DNA of 64,000 nt from Candidatus Omnitrophota bacterium (GCA_011620275.1 WOZK01000012.1:31665-95664), one strand, 5' to 3'. Counted from the first letter of the stretch, positions 51,486-61,696 are shown. Translations and numbers: made by a program. The notes: a model not told the origin generated them from the letters alone.

Positions 51486-53063
51486 TTAACCGCGGGAGGA
51501 TCTATCCTTAAGCAGTTTATATTCCACGCTGTCCGACAAAGCCTGCCAGGAGGCCTCGATTATGTTCTCTGAAACGCCGATCGTATTCCAGGTATCCCCG
51601 GCGTCCTGCGACTGTATAAGAACGCGCACCTTGGCGGCGGTACCGTCTTTTTCATTAAGCACGCGCACCTTGAAATCGCTCAAGTGCATGCGCGCAAGAT
51701 CGGGATAGAAATCCCGAAGCGCCTTGCGCAGGGCGTTATCCAGGGCGTTGACCGGGCCGTCGCCCTCGGCTGCGGTATACTCCCGGGAACCCTTGACTTT
51801 TATCTTTATAATCGCCTCGGTGGTTATTTTTCCATCCTGCCTGCGCTCCACCACCACCCTGAAACCCTCCAACTCGAAGAATTTCTCGTGTTTCTTTATT
51901 TCCCTCTGCAGCAGCAGCTCGAAAGAGGCTTCCGCGGCCTCGAACTGGTATCCTTTATGCTCCAGTTCCTGGACCAGTTTAAGTAACTTCTTCGTCTTGG
52001 GGTCGTTTTTGGTCAAGTCCATTTCCAGGTCGCGGGCGCGCAGCAATATCCCGGTCTTTCCCCCGAGCTCCGAAAGCAGCATCCTGCGCCTGTTCCCGAC
52101 GAGCGCCGGATCGATGTGCTCGTAAGTAGCGCAGTTTTTCATCACCGCGTTAATGTGCACCCCGCCCTTGTGCGCGAACGCCGAGATTCCGCTGTAAGGC
52201 TGGTCGTTCCTGATCGTCATATTGCTGATCTCGCTGACAAAATGAGACAATCTGGTCAGTCCCTTCAATTTATCGGCGGGAAGACAGCGCACTCCCATTT
52301 TCAACTGCAGATTAGCGATAATCGGGATAAGATCGGCGTTGCCGCAGCGCTCGCCGTAACCGTTTATAGTCCCCTGCGCCATAACCGCTCCCGCTTCCAC
52401 CGCGGCCAAGGAATTGGCCACCGCCAACCCCCCGTCATTATGACAATGTATTCCGATATCGGCCTTCAACAGTGATTTCACTTCCTTAACCACGCGCAAG
52501 ACCTCCGAAGAGAGCGTTCCACCGTTGGTATCGCAGAGCACCAGCACGGAGGCGCCGGCATCTCTGGCGGTCAACAGGCACTGCAATGCGTAATCGCGGT
52601 TGGCTTTGTAGGCGTCAAAGAAATGTTCCGCGTCATAAAAAACGGCCAAGCCTTTGCCGCGCAGAAAAGACACCGAATCCCTGATCATGGATAGATTCTC
52701 TTCCGGCGTTGTCTTCAGCACGTCTCTGATGTGCAGGTCCCAGGTCTTACCGAACAGCGCGGCGCAGGAAACACCGCTCTTGAGGAACGCCTTGAGGTTG
52801 GCGTCCTGCGATGCCTTTATGCCCGGCCGGCGGGTGGAGCCGAAAGCCACCAGTTCCGCGCAGGCAAGTCTGCGTTTAGACATCTTCAAAAAAAACTCCA
52901 TGTCCTTGGGATTGGACCCCGGCCAGCCTCCTTCGATATAATGGATGCCCGCCTTATCCAGTTCCATGGCGATGGCGAGTTTATCAGAAACGGTGTAGGA
53001 AATACCTTCCCCCTGAGACCCATCCCGCAAAGTAGTGTCGTAAACAGCCACGCTGTTCTTCAT
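51486..53063 (-). CDS. cimA: Citramalate synthase (LeuA-family)
   Basis: YDTTLRDGSQGEG, GGWPGSNPKD, YDAEHFFD, HCHND, AHKGGVH. Confidence 0.9.
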   Translation of the reverse strand: MKNSVAVYDTTLRDGSQGEGISYTVSDKLAIAMELDKAGIHYIEGGWPGSNPKDMEFFLKMSKRRLACAELVAFGSTRRPGIKASQDANLKAFLKSGVSCAALFGKTWDLHIRDVLKTTPEENLSMIRDSVSFLRGKGLAVFYDAEHFFDAYKANRDYALQCLLTARDAGASVLVLCDTNGGTLSSEVLRVVKEVKSLLKADIGIHCHNDGGLAVANSLAAVEAGAVMAQGTINGYGERCGNADLIPIIANLQLKMGVRCLPADKLKGLTRLSHFVSEISNMTIRNDQPYSGISAFAHKGGVHINAVMKNCATYEHIDPALVGNRRRMLLSELGGKTGILLRARDLEMDLTKNDPKTKKLLKLVQELEHKGYQFEAAEASFELLLQREIKKHEKFFELEGFRVVVERRQDGKITTEAIIKIKVKGSREYTAAEGDGPVNALDNALRKALRDFYPDLARMHLSDFKVRVLNEKDGTAAKVRVLIQSQDAGDTWNTIGVSENIIEASWQALSDSVEYKLLKDRSSRG

Positions 53064-53071
53064 AATCGCCT

Positions 53072-54298
53072 CTATTTCTTTTTGCCCATGCCGAATTTAT
53101 CGTGCAGTATGCGCACGGCTTCTTCAGCCGATTTCTTCTTTATGATACAGGAGATACTAATGTCCGAGGTGGAAATCATATCTATATTTATATTGTTGGC
53201 TGCCAAAGCGGCGAACATCATAGCCGCCACGCCGGGATGTGATTTCATTCCCACGCCTATCACCGAGATGCGCGCAATATCATCATCCTGCAGTATCTCC
53301 CCCGCCCCCACGTCCGCCGCCGCCTCTTTAGCGAGTTTAACCGCCCTGGCCAAGTCGGACTTGGCGACGGTGAAAGAGATATCGGTTTTACGCAGGTGGC
53401 TGACGTTCTGAACGATCATGTCTACGTTTATGGATTTCTCGGCCATAAGGCTGAATATCTTCGCGGCGATGCCGGGCTGGTCCTGCAATCCGCAGACCGT
53501 TACCTTAGCTTCATTCTTGTTCAAGGTTATTCCGCTGACCATCAACTCTTCCATATCTTTTACCTCCCTGATTATCATCGTCCCCGGCTTGTCCGAAAAA
53601 GAAGACCGGACATGTATCGGCACGTCGAATTTCTTGGCAACTTCGATCGATCTTGCCTGCATCACCTGCGCGCCCAAAGAGGCCATTTCCAGCATCTCGT
53701 CATACGTGATGGTGGAAAGCTTTCTCGCCGACGGCTCGACCCTGGGATCGGTAGTGAATATGCCTTCCACGTCAGTGTATATCTCGCACTCATCGGCCTT
53801 CAACTCTTTGGCCAGCGCCACCGCCGTCAAGTCCGAACCGCCGCGGCCCAAAGTGGTAATATCCTGATCCGGGGTGACCCCCTGGAACCCGGCCACGATC
53901 ACGATCCTGCCCTTTTCCAGCTCCGCCTTTACTTTCGCGGGATTTATTTTCAGGATACGGGCCCTGGTATGGCAGCGGTCTGTGATAATACCCACCTGCA
54001 GGCCGGTCATCGATATCGCCTCATAACCCAGTTTGTGTATGGCCATTGCCAGCAATGCCACGGAGATTTGCTCGCCGGTGGACAGAAGCATATCCATCTC
54101 CCTCTCCGAAGGATTGCTGTTTATCCTGGCCGCCAGTTCTATCAATTCATCGGTGGTATCGCCCAACGCGGACACCACCACTATCAGGTTATCACCGTTC
54201 TTTTTGTAGGCGGCCACCCGCTTGGCGACGTTCTGTATCCTCTCCACATTGGCGACCGAAGAGCCGCCAAACTTCTGCACTACCAAACGCCCTTTCAT
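53072..54298 (-). CDS. lysC: Aspartate kinase
   Basis: VQKFGGSSV, TTLGRGGSD, two ACT domains. Confidence 0.96.
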   Translation of the reverse strand: MKGRLVVQKFGGSSVANVERIQNVAKRVAAYKKNGDNLIVVVSALGDTTDELIELAARINSNPSEREMDMLLSTGEQISVALLAMAIHKLGYEAISMTGLQVGIITDRCHTRARILKINPAKVKAELEKGRIVIVAGFQGVTPDQDITTLGRGGSDLTAVALAKELKADECEIYTDVEGIFTTDPRVEPSARKLSTITYDEMLEMASLGAQVMQARSIEVAKKFDVPIHVRSSFSDKPGTMIIREVKDMEELMVSGITLNKNEAKVTVCGLQDQPGIAAKIFSLMAEKSINVDMIVQNVSHLRKTDISFTVAKSDLARAVKLAKEAAADVGAGEILQDDDIARISVIGVGMKSHPGVAAMMFAALAANNINIDMISTSDISISCIIKKKSAEEAVRILHDKFGMGKKK

Positions 54299-55525
54299 CT
54301 AAACCTTCCCTCCGTTTATGAAATAAGCCATCAATTCGTGGCCTTTATCGAAAACAAGTCCGCTTTTGCGCGCCTCGCTCTCGCTGTAAACGGCGGCACT
54401 CCCCGGATGAATATCCGGCCCGTATATTCCGAAACATACCGGGTCGGCGGAGTGGCTGCGCAGCGCCACCGGTGTGGGGTGGTCGGGCATCACCAGTATG
54501 CGTAGTCCCTGCTGTTTTTTTGCCGCGTCAAGAAACCTACGCACCACCGCGTGATCAAAACGCTCGATGGCGGTTATCTTCTGCCGCAGGTCGCCGTTAT
54601 GTCCCGCCTCGTCAGGGGCCTCCACGTGAACGAAAACGAAATCGTGCTTCTCCAGAGACTTGACCCCGGCCTCAGCCTTACCTTCGTAATTAGTATCGTA
54701 ATACCCGGTGGCTCCCGGCACGTCTATCACGTCCAGGCCGATGATGCGCCCCAGACCTTTTAGAAGGTCCACGGCGGAGATAACGCTGCCGCTGATCCCG
54801 AACATATCGCTGAAACGCGGCATGCGCGGTTTCACACCCTGCCCCCAGAGCCAGATCATATTGGCGGGGTTCTCTTTCAAATCTATGCGCACCTGGTTGA
54901 TCTCGTGCGTCTCCAGCAGGGATCGGGAATCTTTCATCAGCTTGATCAGATGCTGCGCCCCTCCGCCTTTAGGCAGATTGCGGGAAACGGTCTGCCCGGA
55001 GATATCGTGAGGCGGTTTACACTCGGTCTCGTGCAACCCCAAAGCCGTTCCTCCGGAAGCAAGCATTAAATGCCGATAGCTGACGCCCGGATAGAACCTA
55101 AAATTCCCGCCGCCGATGCCGCGGTCTACGAACTTTATAAGCTGTTCCGCTTCTTTGGAACTGATATGCCCGGCGCTGTAATCCTCCAAGATGTCCCCGG
55201 AGACGGTAATCAGGTTACAGCGAAAAGCAACATCCCCTTCTTTCATCTCCACGCCGAGATTGGCCGCTTCCAGCGGGCCGCGGCCGGCATAATACTCCGC
55301 GGGATTATATCCCAGTATGGACATATTGGCCACGTCCGAACCGGCGGCCATTCTGTCCGGGATGGTCCTCGCGACACCAAGCATTCCTTTTCTGGCGAGA
55401 AAATCCATCGCCGGGGTGTCGGCCGTCTCGATCGGCGTCTTGCCTCCGAGTTCCTGCAAAGGGTAATCGGCCATGCCGTCGGCGACCAGGACGGCGTATT
55501 TTAATCTAACTTTTTCAGCAGGCAT
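54299..55525 (-). CDS. ApgM-family cofactor-independent phosphoglycerate mutase-like protein (proposed homoserine kinase)
   Basis: DGMAD, GSDVAN, GRGPLEAA, HVEAPDEAGH, DHPTP; located in the threonine operon. Confidence 0.85.
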   Translation of the reverse strand: MPAEKVRLKYAVLVADGMADYPLQELGGKTPIETADTPAMDFLARKGMLGVARTIPDRMAAGSDVANMSILGYNPAEYYAGRGPLEAANLGVEMKEGDVAFRCNLITVSGDILEDYSAGHISSKEAEQLIKFVDRGIGGGNFRFYPGVSYRHLMLASGGTALGLHETECKPPHDISGQTVSRNLPKGGGAQHLIKLMKDSRSLLETHEINQVRIDLKENPANMIWLWGQGVKPRMPRFSDMFGISGSVISAVDLLKGLGRIIGLDVIDVPGATGYYDTNYEGKAEAGVKSLEKHDFVFVHVEAPDEAGHNGDLRQKITAIERFDHAVVRRFLDAAKKQQGLRILVMPDHPTPVALRSHSADPVCFGIYGPDIHPGSAAVYSESEARKSGLVFDKGHELMAYFINGGKV

Positions 55526-56198
55526 CCCTGGACAACCCTTCCGCTATGCAGCGCACCAGATGCACGGCCAGGCTCTTTTTGGAACAGAAAGGGCCGCTTA
55601 ATTTGCCGTCTTTAACGATGTAAGCCTCATAAAGATTGTTACGAATGGTATTGGCAACCACGATCTCCGCCCCGCAACGCTCGGCCAGATGCACGGCTTC
55701 TTTATGCAGTTCTTTTGCCGCAGCCTGGGGCTCGAATTTGAAACCCACGAGCATAAGCGCAGGATCCTGCTTCTTTATGGAATCTATAATCTTGGGAGTG
55801 GCAGCCAGCTTCAAAGCCAGATTCTTCCTGCCCGAGGGGATTTTCCTACGGTGCGCGTGCCTCGGCTGGTAATCGGAGACGGCCGCCGAGTGTATAACCA
55901 CGTCGTATTTGCGGCGGACCAGCTCGCGCGAGAGCTTTTCCCGCAGGTCGGAAAAGAACTTGAAAGACTCGGTATACTTACTGTTAACCAGTCTTGACTC
56001 CAGCAGAGACGGCCCCAACAGCAGACGCACGGACGCCCCCATCTTCTTGACTTCCTCGGCCAGCAGCAGACCGGTTTCACCGGTAGCGGTATTGCTGATC
56101 ACCCGCACGTCATCGATAGGCACCCACGTCGGCCCTGCGGTGATCAACACTTTCTTATCCTTTAACCCGTTCGGTCGCTTCTTGGTTTTGGCTTTCAT
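55515..56198 (-). CDS. coaB: Stand-alone phosphopantothenate--cysteine ligase domain (CoaB)
   Basis: VLITAGPT..PIDDVRVISN..TG, HSAAVSDY, LVGFK.E, VAN; no CoaC flavoprotein domain. Confidence 0.8.
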   Translation of the reverse strand: MKAKTKKRPNGLKDKKVLITAGPTWVPIDDVRVISNTATGETGLLLAEEVKKMGASVRLLLGPSLLESRLVNSKYTESFKFFSDLREKLSRELVRRKYDVVIHSAAVSDYQPRHAHRRKIPSGRKNLALKLAATPKIIDSIKKQDPALMLVGFKFEPQAAAKELHKEAVHLAERCGAEIVVANTIRNNLYEAYIVKDGKLSGPFCSKKSLAVHLVRCIAEGLSRDAC

Positions 56199-56271
56199 CT
56201 ATGATAGCACTCCCTTTAGAAGAACAGTCCACACTATTTCCCGTTCCTGATCATCCTTCGTAACCGTAATC

Positions 56272-57333
56272 TTAAAATCCCATCTTCCCCAGTATCTCCT
56301 TCATCTGAGCGTCAACCGTCAACGGTTTTGCCACGCTTTTGATTGCCCGGTCAGGATCTTTCAGGCCATGGCCGGTCAGGATGCAGACGATACGCAATTT
56401 CTCCTTGCCGGAGAAAAATCCGGCTGCGGAAAGTTTCAAAAGCCCGGCAACGGAGGCGCAGGAGGCCGGCTCGGCGAACACCCCGTCTTTTTCCGCCAGC
56501 AGTTTATACGCCTCCAGTATCTCTTCATCAGAGACCATATCTATCAACCCGCCGGACTCGTCCCTGGCCTGTTCGGCCTGCTTCCAGCTGGCGGGATTAC
56601 CGATGCGTATGGCAGTAGCGATCGTCTCGGGATTCTCCACTATCCTCCCCCTAACTATCGGAGCCGCCCCTTCGGCCTGGAAACCCAGCAACCCGGGCAG
56701 GGAAGTTATTTTCCCTTCCTGGAGATACTGCTTGTAGCCTTTCCAGTAAGCGGTGATATTGCCGGCGTTCCCGACCGGCATCACCTGGAAATCAGGGGCG
56801 CCTTCCAAAGCGTCGCAAATCTCGAAACTCCCGGTTTTCTGCCCTTCAATACGGAAAGGGTTCAGGGAATTCACCAGGGTTATCGGGTATTTCTCCGCGG
56901 TTTCGCGCACCAGGCGCAGCGCGTCGTCGAAATTGCCGCGCACCTGCAAAACCAGGGCGCCGTGTATCAAAGCCTGGCTCAATTTCCCCATGGCGATGTG
57001 GCCGTCCGGTATCAGCACGACGCATTTTATCCCGGCGCGCGCCGCGTAAGCGGCGGCAGAAGCGGAAGTATTGCCGGTGGACGCGCAGATCACGGCGCGG
57101 GAACCTTCCTCGCAGGCCTTGGAAATGGCCATGGTCATGCCGCGGTCTTTGAAGGAACCGGTGGGATTAAGCCCTTCGTATTTCAAATAGACCAAGCACC
57201 CGGCTCCCAGTCTGGAACTCAAGTAAGGCGAGAAAATCAGCGGCGTGTTCCCCTCGTTTAGAGTAACCACCGGAGTGGCCCCGCTTACCGGCAGATATTT
57301 CCTGTATTTCTCGATCACCCCGCGGTAAAACAT
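56272..57333 (-). CDS. thrC: Threonine synthase
   Basis: EGNTPL, NPTGSFKDRG, ASTGNT, PVGNAGN, TGHGLKD. Confidence 0.97.
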   Translation of the reverse strand: MFYRGVIEKYRKYLPVSGATPVVTLNEGNTPLIFSPYLSSRLGAGCLVYLKYEGLNPTGSFKDRGMTMAISKACEEGSRAVICASTGNTSASAAAYAARAGIKCVVLIPDGHIAMGKLSQALIHGALVLQVRGNFDDALRLVRETAEKYPITLVNSLNPFRIEGQKTGSFEICDALEGAPDFQVMPVGNAGNITAYWKGYKQYLQEGKITSLPGLLGFQAEGAAPIVRGRIVENPETIATAIRIGNPASWKQAEQARDESGGLIDMVSDEEILEAYKLLAEKDGVFAEPASCASVAGLLKLSAAGFFSGKEKLRIVCILTGHGLKDPDRAIKSVAKPLTVDAQMKEILGKMGF

Positions 57334-57338
57334 GATTT

Positions 57339-58640
57339 TTATATCTCCTCTATGCGGATAGCCACCGATTTTTCCTTTATCACATCAAGCTTGTCTATCA
57401 CGGTCAGCGCGGAACGCAATTTCTTCTCCAGCGCGTCGTGTACCACCATTACAATCGGCACGGCCTGGCCGCCGCGCGCCGGTTTCTGCGTGACCGACTC
57501 TATGCTGATCCCGGACTTCGCAAACACCCCGGATATCTTTGCCAGCACGCCCGGTTTATCGTCGGCCGTCACTCTTATGTAATACCGGCTTTCTATCTCG
57601 TCTATGCTGCGCAGACGTTTCACCTCGGCGTCGGGAGTAATATTAAGCGTAGGCCTGAACAAACCGGCCTTCATATCCTGCGCCAGGTCCACCAGGTCGG
57701 AGACCACGGCAGACGCCGCGGAGAACTGGCCGGCTCCGGGGCCGTAAAAAAGCAATTCCCCGGCCAGGTCGCTGGAGACGAAGATGGCGTTGAAGACGCC
57801 GTTCACGGAAGCGAGCAAATGCCCGGAACTGATCAAAGTCGGATGTACCCGCACCTCCAACGCGTCGCCCTCCTTCTTGGCTATCGCCAACAGTTTGATC
57901 TCGAAATCGAGTTCTTTGGCATAATTGATGTCCTGCAGGGATACCCTGGAAATCCCTTCCACATAAACTTCCCCGATGCGCACCATCCTTCCGAAACAAA
58001 GATAAGTGAGTATGACAAGCTTATGCGCGGAATCCATTCCTTCGATGTCGAGCGTGGGGTCTTTCTCGGCGAAACCGCGCTTCTGCGCCTCCTTGAGCGC
58101 CTCGGAGAAGCCGCAGTTCTCCGCCGACATACGGGAAAGCACGAAATTGGTGGTGCCGTTGACTATACCGAACACCCCTGCGAAGTTATTGGCGACCAGA
58201 CCTTCTCTCAACGCCTTTATGATCGGAATGCCTGCCCCGACCGAGGCCTCGAAATAAACGCTCTTTCCCCTGTCCTGGGCAAGCGTAAAGATATCCGTCC
58301 CGTGGTGAGCAAGCAGAGCTTTATTGGCAGTGACCACGTTCTTGCCTTTTTTAAGCGCTTCGGTCACGAATTCACGCGCCGGGTTTATGCCGCCGATCAG
58401 CTCCACCACGATGTCTATTTGGGGATCTTCAAGGATATCGGAGACATTGACGGTCAACAGCGACTTATCCAAAGAAACGCCGCGCTTGGAAGAGATATCC
58501 TTGTCGCAGACTTTCTTGAGCTCAATCTCCATACCGGTCTTTTCGCGCAGCATCGCTTTCTTGTCGCGCAGTATCTTTATCATGCCGGCACCGACGTTGC
58601 CGAACCCTATCAACCCTATGTTTATCTTCCTGGCGCTCAT
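57339..58640 (-). CDS. hom: Homoserine dehydrogenase
   Basis: GFGNVG, VVTANKA, NGTTNF, DPTLDIEG.D.AHK, C-terminal ACT domain. Confidence 0.97.
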   Translation of the reverse strand: MSARKINIGLIGFGNVGAGMIKILRDKKAMLREKTGMEIELKKVCDKDISSKRGVSLDKSLLTVNVSDILEDPQIDIVVELIGGINPAREFVTEALKKGKNVVTANKALLAHHGTDIFTLAQDRGKSVYFEASVGAGIPIIKALREGLVANNFAGVFGIVNGTTNFVLSRMSAENCGFSEALKEAQKRGFAEKDPTLDIEGMDSAHKLVILTYLCFGRMVRIGEVYVEGISRVSLQDINYAKELDFEIKLLAIAKKEGDALEVRVHPTLISSGHLLASVNGVFNAIFVSSDLAGELLFYGPGAGQFSAASAVVSDLVDLAQDMKAGLFRPTLNITPDAEVKRLRSIDEIESRYYIRVTADDKPGVLAKISGVFAKSGISIESVTQKPARGGQAVPIVMVVHDALEKKLRSALTVIDKLDVIKEKSVAIRIEEI

Positions 58641-58666
58641 GGTATGTACCTCTCTTTTCTCGGATA

Positions 58667-59026
58667 TTACTTGGCGTTCTTAAGATGATATTCCACCGTC
58701 CCGCCGATCACCCTGCGATGGTTCTCGTCAACCGCGACGAACTGGATACGAGTATCGTAAATCATGTTCTTGCTAATCTCCCTCGACTCCACCACTTTAC
58801 CCATCAAAAGGATCGGATGCGCGTCGAAAGGAAGTCTTATCTCCAGGGCCAGGTTAGTGCCCGGCTCAAAAGAGCGGTTGGTGGTCAAAAGCATGCCTCC
58901 CAGGCTGAGGTTCTTAGTCTGGGAAATGTCCACGTTGTTGGCTTCATCGAAGACCCTGTAAGAGACCACGAAACGACCGCTTGCTCTGGGGTACTTACGC
59001 TTTTCTTCTCCCTTATACTGCGTCAT
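58667..59026 (-). CDS. PilZ-domain protein
   Basis: RKYPR (RxxxR) and NLSLGG (N/DxSxxG); ATG 59026 after AGGGAGG. Confidence 0.88.
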   Translation of the reverse strand: MTQYKGEEKRKYPRASGRFVVSYRVFDEANNVDISQTKNLSLGGMLLTTNRSFEPGTNLALEIRLPFDAHPILLMGKVVESREISKNMIYDTRIQFVAVDENHRRVIGGTVEYHLKNAK

Positions 59027-59167
59027 ATCGCCTCCCTTGAAATCTCCGCTGTTAGGCTTTATTATTCTGGATGTGTTCGCCGGACGGTATCGGTATTCTA
59101 CCTTAGGACATGCCAAAGCCCCGATTGTAAGTCTCAAGATGCGCATTTATAAACTACACAAAATTGT

Positions 59168-59196
59168 ATTATATACGCGCGCTTAAATAATGTAAA
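59168..59196 (-). promoter_or_regulatory. Sigma70-type promoter of the PilZ-hom-thrC operon
   Basis: TTTACA-N17-TATAAT. Confidence 0.7.
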
Positions 59197-59251
59197 TAGA
59201 AAGTTAAATAAGGGAAAGCTGCGAAATGGAAGAAAAACGGCGGGGCAGCCG

Positions 59252-60253
59252 TCACTCTTTCTTCATTTGGCGGGTCATCAGATCCTTTACCGCTTTTACC
59301 GGCGACTTGCCTTTATACAGAACGCGGTATACTTCCCCGCAAATAGGCATATCCACCTTGTAACGCAGGCTCAATCCGTGCGCCGATTCGGCTGTCGGCA
59401 CTCCTTCGGCTATCATCAGCCCCATCTTGCGCCTGATATCGGCAAGCGTCCTCCCCATACCGATCTGTTCGCCCACGAACCTGTTGCGGCTGTCGCGGCT
59501 GATACAGGTAGTAACCAGGTCTCCCAGTCCGCTGATGCCGCTGAACGTCCTGGGTTTTGCCGACATGGCCGCGCCAAGCCTGGTAATCTCCGCCAGACCG
59601 CGGGAAAGCAGTGCCGCTTTTGTGTTTGAGCCGAAACCAAGCCCATCGGAGATACCGCAGGCTATGGCTATCACGTTCTTCAGGCTGCCGCCCAGTTCCA
59701 CGCCTGTCACGTCGTCGTTACCGTAAATACGGAAGCTTTCGCTGATAAACAAAGATTGCAGTTCTTCGCGGACGTCCTTTCTGCCGGAAGCGATCACGGC
59801 CGTCGTCGGTATCCCTAAAGCGACCTCTCTGGCGATGGTCGGCCCGGAAAGCACGGCCACTCGTATCCTGCCCAGTTCTTCGCTTACGACCTCGGACATC
59901 CTTTTCAGGGAGCCGGCCTCTATGCCTTTGACCACGCTGAGATAATCCGCCCCGCGCGGCAGGCGGCACCCTTTCATTTTGCGCAATACTCCGCGCAAGT
60001 ATTGTGAAGGAACGGCCAGGACAATAACATCGCTGTCCGAACAGGCTTTCTCCAAGTCGGAAGTTATGAATATCTTACCGGGGATCTTGAAGCCGGGCAG
60101 GAATTTCTTGTTCTCGCGGTATCTGTTCAGATAAACCGCATACTCCGGGAAAGCGCTCCAGATAGAGACGTCGACATCCTTCCGGGAAAGCAGGATGGCA
60201 AGCGTCGTTCCCCAACCGCCGTCCCCTATAAACGCTATCTTCTTTCTTTTCAT
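59252..60253 (-). CDS. gpsA: NAD(P)H-dependent glycerol-3-phosphate dehydrogenase
   Basis: GDGGWGT, KGIE, LSGPT.A.EV, LKNVIAI, GLGDL..TC, SRN. Confidence 0.97.
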   Translation of the reverse strand: MKRKKIAFIGDGGWGTTLAILLSRKDVDVSIWSAFPEYAVYLNRYRENKKFLPGFKIPGKIFITSDLEKACSDSDVIVLAVPSQYLRGVLRKMKGCRLPRGADYLSVVKGIEAGSLKRMSEVVSEELGRIRVAVLSGPTIAREVALGIPTTAVIASGRKDVREELQSLFISESFRIYGNDDVTGVELGGSLKNVIAIACGISDGLGFGSNTKAALLSRGLAEITRLGAAMSAKPRTFSGISGLGDLVTTCISRDSRNRFVGEQIGMGRTLADIRRKMGLMIAEGVPTAESAHGLSLRYKVDMPICGEVYRVLYKGKSPVKAVKDLMTRQMKKE

Positions 60254-60256
60254 ACC

Positions 60257-60649
60257 TTAAACCTGTTCCGGCGGAAAGACTATCCTGGGGACCAAGACGT
60301 GTCCTTCTTCTCTCGTGATAAATCTCAAACCGACCTTATGCAACCCGTCCTCGTCCCGTCCCTCCGCCCTTACCACGCAGCCGATTATCCCGCCCTGATA
60401 CATGAAACATCGTTTCTCCATGTCGTGACAAAAATCAAGGGTGTCCTTGTCGAAAGAAAGCCAAAGGATGTCGTCCATCTGAACGTCGTCTTTTATACGG
60501 CAAAAAATACCGCTTTGACTGATATCCGCGGTATAACCTTCCAGAAGCTTATCTATAGTCTCGCGCTTACAGATCTTGTAGGCCAGCGGAGTCACGTATT
60601 CCACCCTGGCGTATTCTCTTCTCTCTTTACCGAATATGCCGTCGCTCAT
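60257..60649 (-). CDS. PilZ-domain protein
   Basis: REYAR (RxxxR), DISQSG, C-terminal GLRF. Confidence 0.85.
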   Translation of the reverse strand: MSDGIFGKERREYARVEYVTPLAYKICKRETIDKLLEGYTADISQSGIFCRIKDDVQMDDILWLSFDKDTLDFCHDMEKRCFMYQGGIIGCVVRAEGRDEDGLHKVGLRFITREEGHVLVPRIVFPPEQV

Positions 60650-60663
60650 TAAAATTCCTCGGT

Positions 60664-61410
60664 CTATTTTATCTCCAGCCCGGTTTTATTGGTACGCAGT
60701 TTGGCCAGGTCCCAACTGTATTCATACAAATGCAGTCCCTTGCTCGCCGCGATAATCTCACCGTCCTCCACGCCTATCTCCTGAGCCATATACTGCTTTA
60801 CCAGTTCCAGACCTCCCAGGTTGGAAGGAAAGCCTCCCCAGAGATCCCAGGAACGGAAATAAAGTATGAAATGCAGTTTGCCGTAGCGCACGCGCGTGTC
60901 TATCAGGCGCAGGCACGGCGGATCGTTAAGCTTTATGTCCGACGGCATACCTATCTCCATCACCGCCTGGTTCGTACCCGGGCCTTTCTCCTTATAGATG
61001 CGTATGACCTCCTCGATCTGGTTGACGTCAAGAGGTATCTCCTTGAACATTCCGCTGCCGTCCTGTTTCACCTTCACCCGCGGCGCGACCAGCCTTTCTC
61101 CGTAAGTATAATCCTCCGTCTCGGTCTTGGCGCCGGTAAGCAGATATCCCAGGTATCCCTGAACGTAATCCATATCTGTGGGAGCCGGAATGCTCATGCC
61201 TTCCGGAATGATCGGTATAATCTGATGAGATGGTTTTTTGATCTTGATTACCGCGAAATCGAATTCCAGGCGCCTCTGCCCTTCGTAGCTGCCGCGGGTG
61301 ATTGTATAGACATGCCCTTTATCCAGTATCTTTGACAGACACTGGAACCAGGCGTCGTCCACGTCGAAGGCATCGATAAAAACAGGTTCCAGAGATTCTC
61401 TTTCCGGCAT
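60664..61410 (-). CDS. Thymidylate synthase-superfamily protein (divergent, archaeal-like)
   Basis: YTYGERL, PPCL, FRSWD, PSN, LHLYE; start ATG 61410 (TTG 61440 possible). Confidence 0.8.
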   Translation of the reverse strand: MPERESLEPVFIDAFDVDDAWFQCLSKILDKGHVYTITRGSYEGQRRLEFDFAVIKIKKPSHQIIPIIPEGMSIPAPTDMDYVQGYLGYLLTGAKTETEDYTYGERLVAPRVKVKQDGSGMFKEIPLDVNQIEEVIRIYKEKGPGTNQAVMEIGMPSDIKLNDPPCLRLIDTRVRYGKLHFILYFRSWDLWGGFPSNLGGLELVKQYMAQEIGVEDGEIIAASKGLHLYEYSWDLAKLRTNKTGLEIK

Positions 61411-61484
61411 AGGCTGAGGTACTTGAAAAATCCCCTTCAAGGATAAAACCAGTGTTCTTACTACCCCGGGACTGCGATTTCAAG

Positions 61485-61606
61485 AGCGAGAGAGGGGAAT
61501 CGAACCCCCGTATATAGCTTGTCCCGCCTTCTTTTTAACCTTTGACTAAAATGCCGCGGGATTTCGCTATATAAAAGCTTTCTGTGCTCAAGAAAGCTAT
61601 TGTTCT
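61485..61606 (-). pseudogene. tRNA-Gly pseudo-copy: intact 3' half, 70-nt insert at 35/36, degenerate 5' end
   Basis: 61485-61521 identical to 61697-61733; insert 61522-61591; AGAACAATAGCTTTC at 61592-61606. Confidence 0.8.
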
Positions 61607-61696
61607 CTTTCAAATCTATCTCTGAACATCAAGAAACTTGTCTCGTGGCCTTATTCTCTAATTGCCTGCGAGATTTCGTTCCCTGTTCAATCTCAG

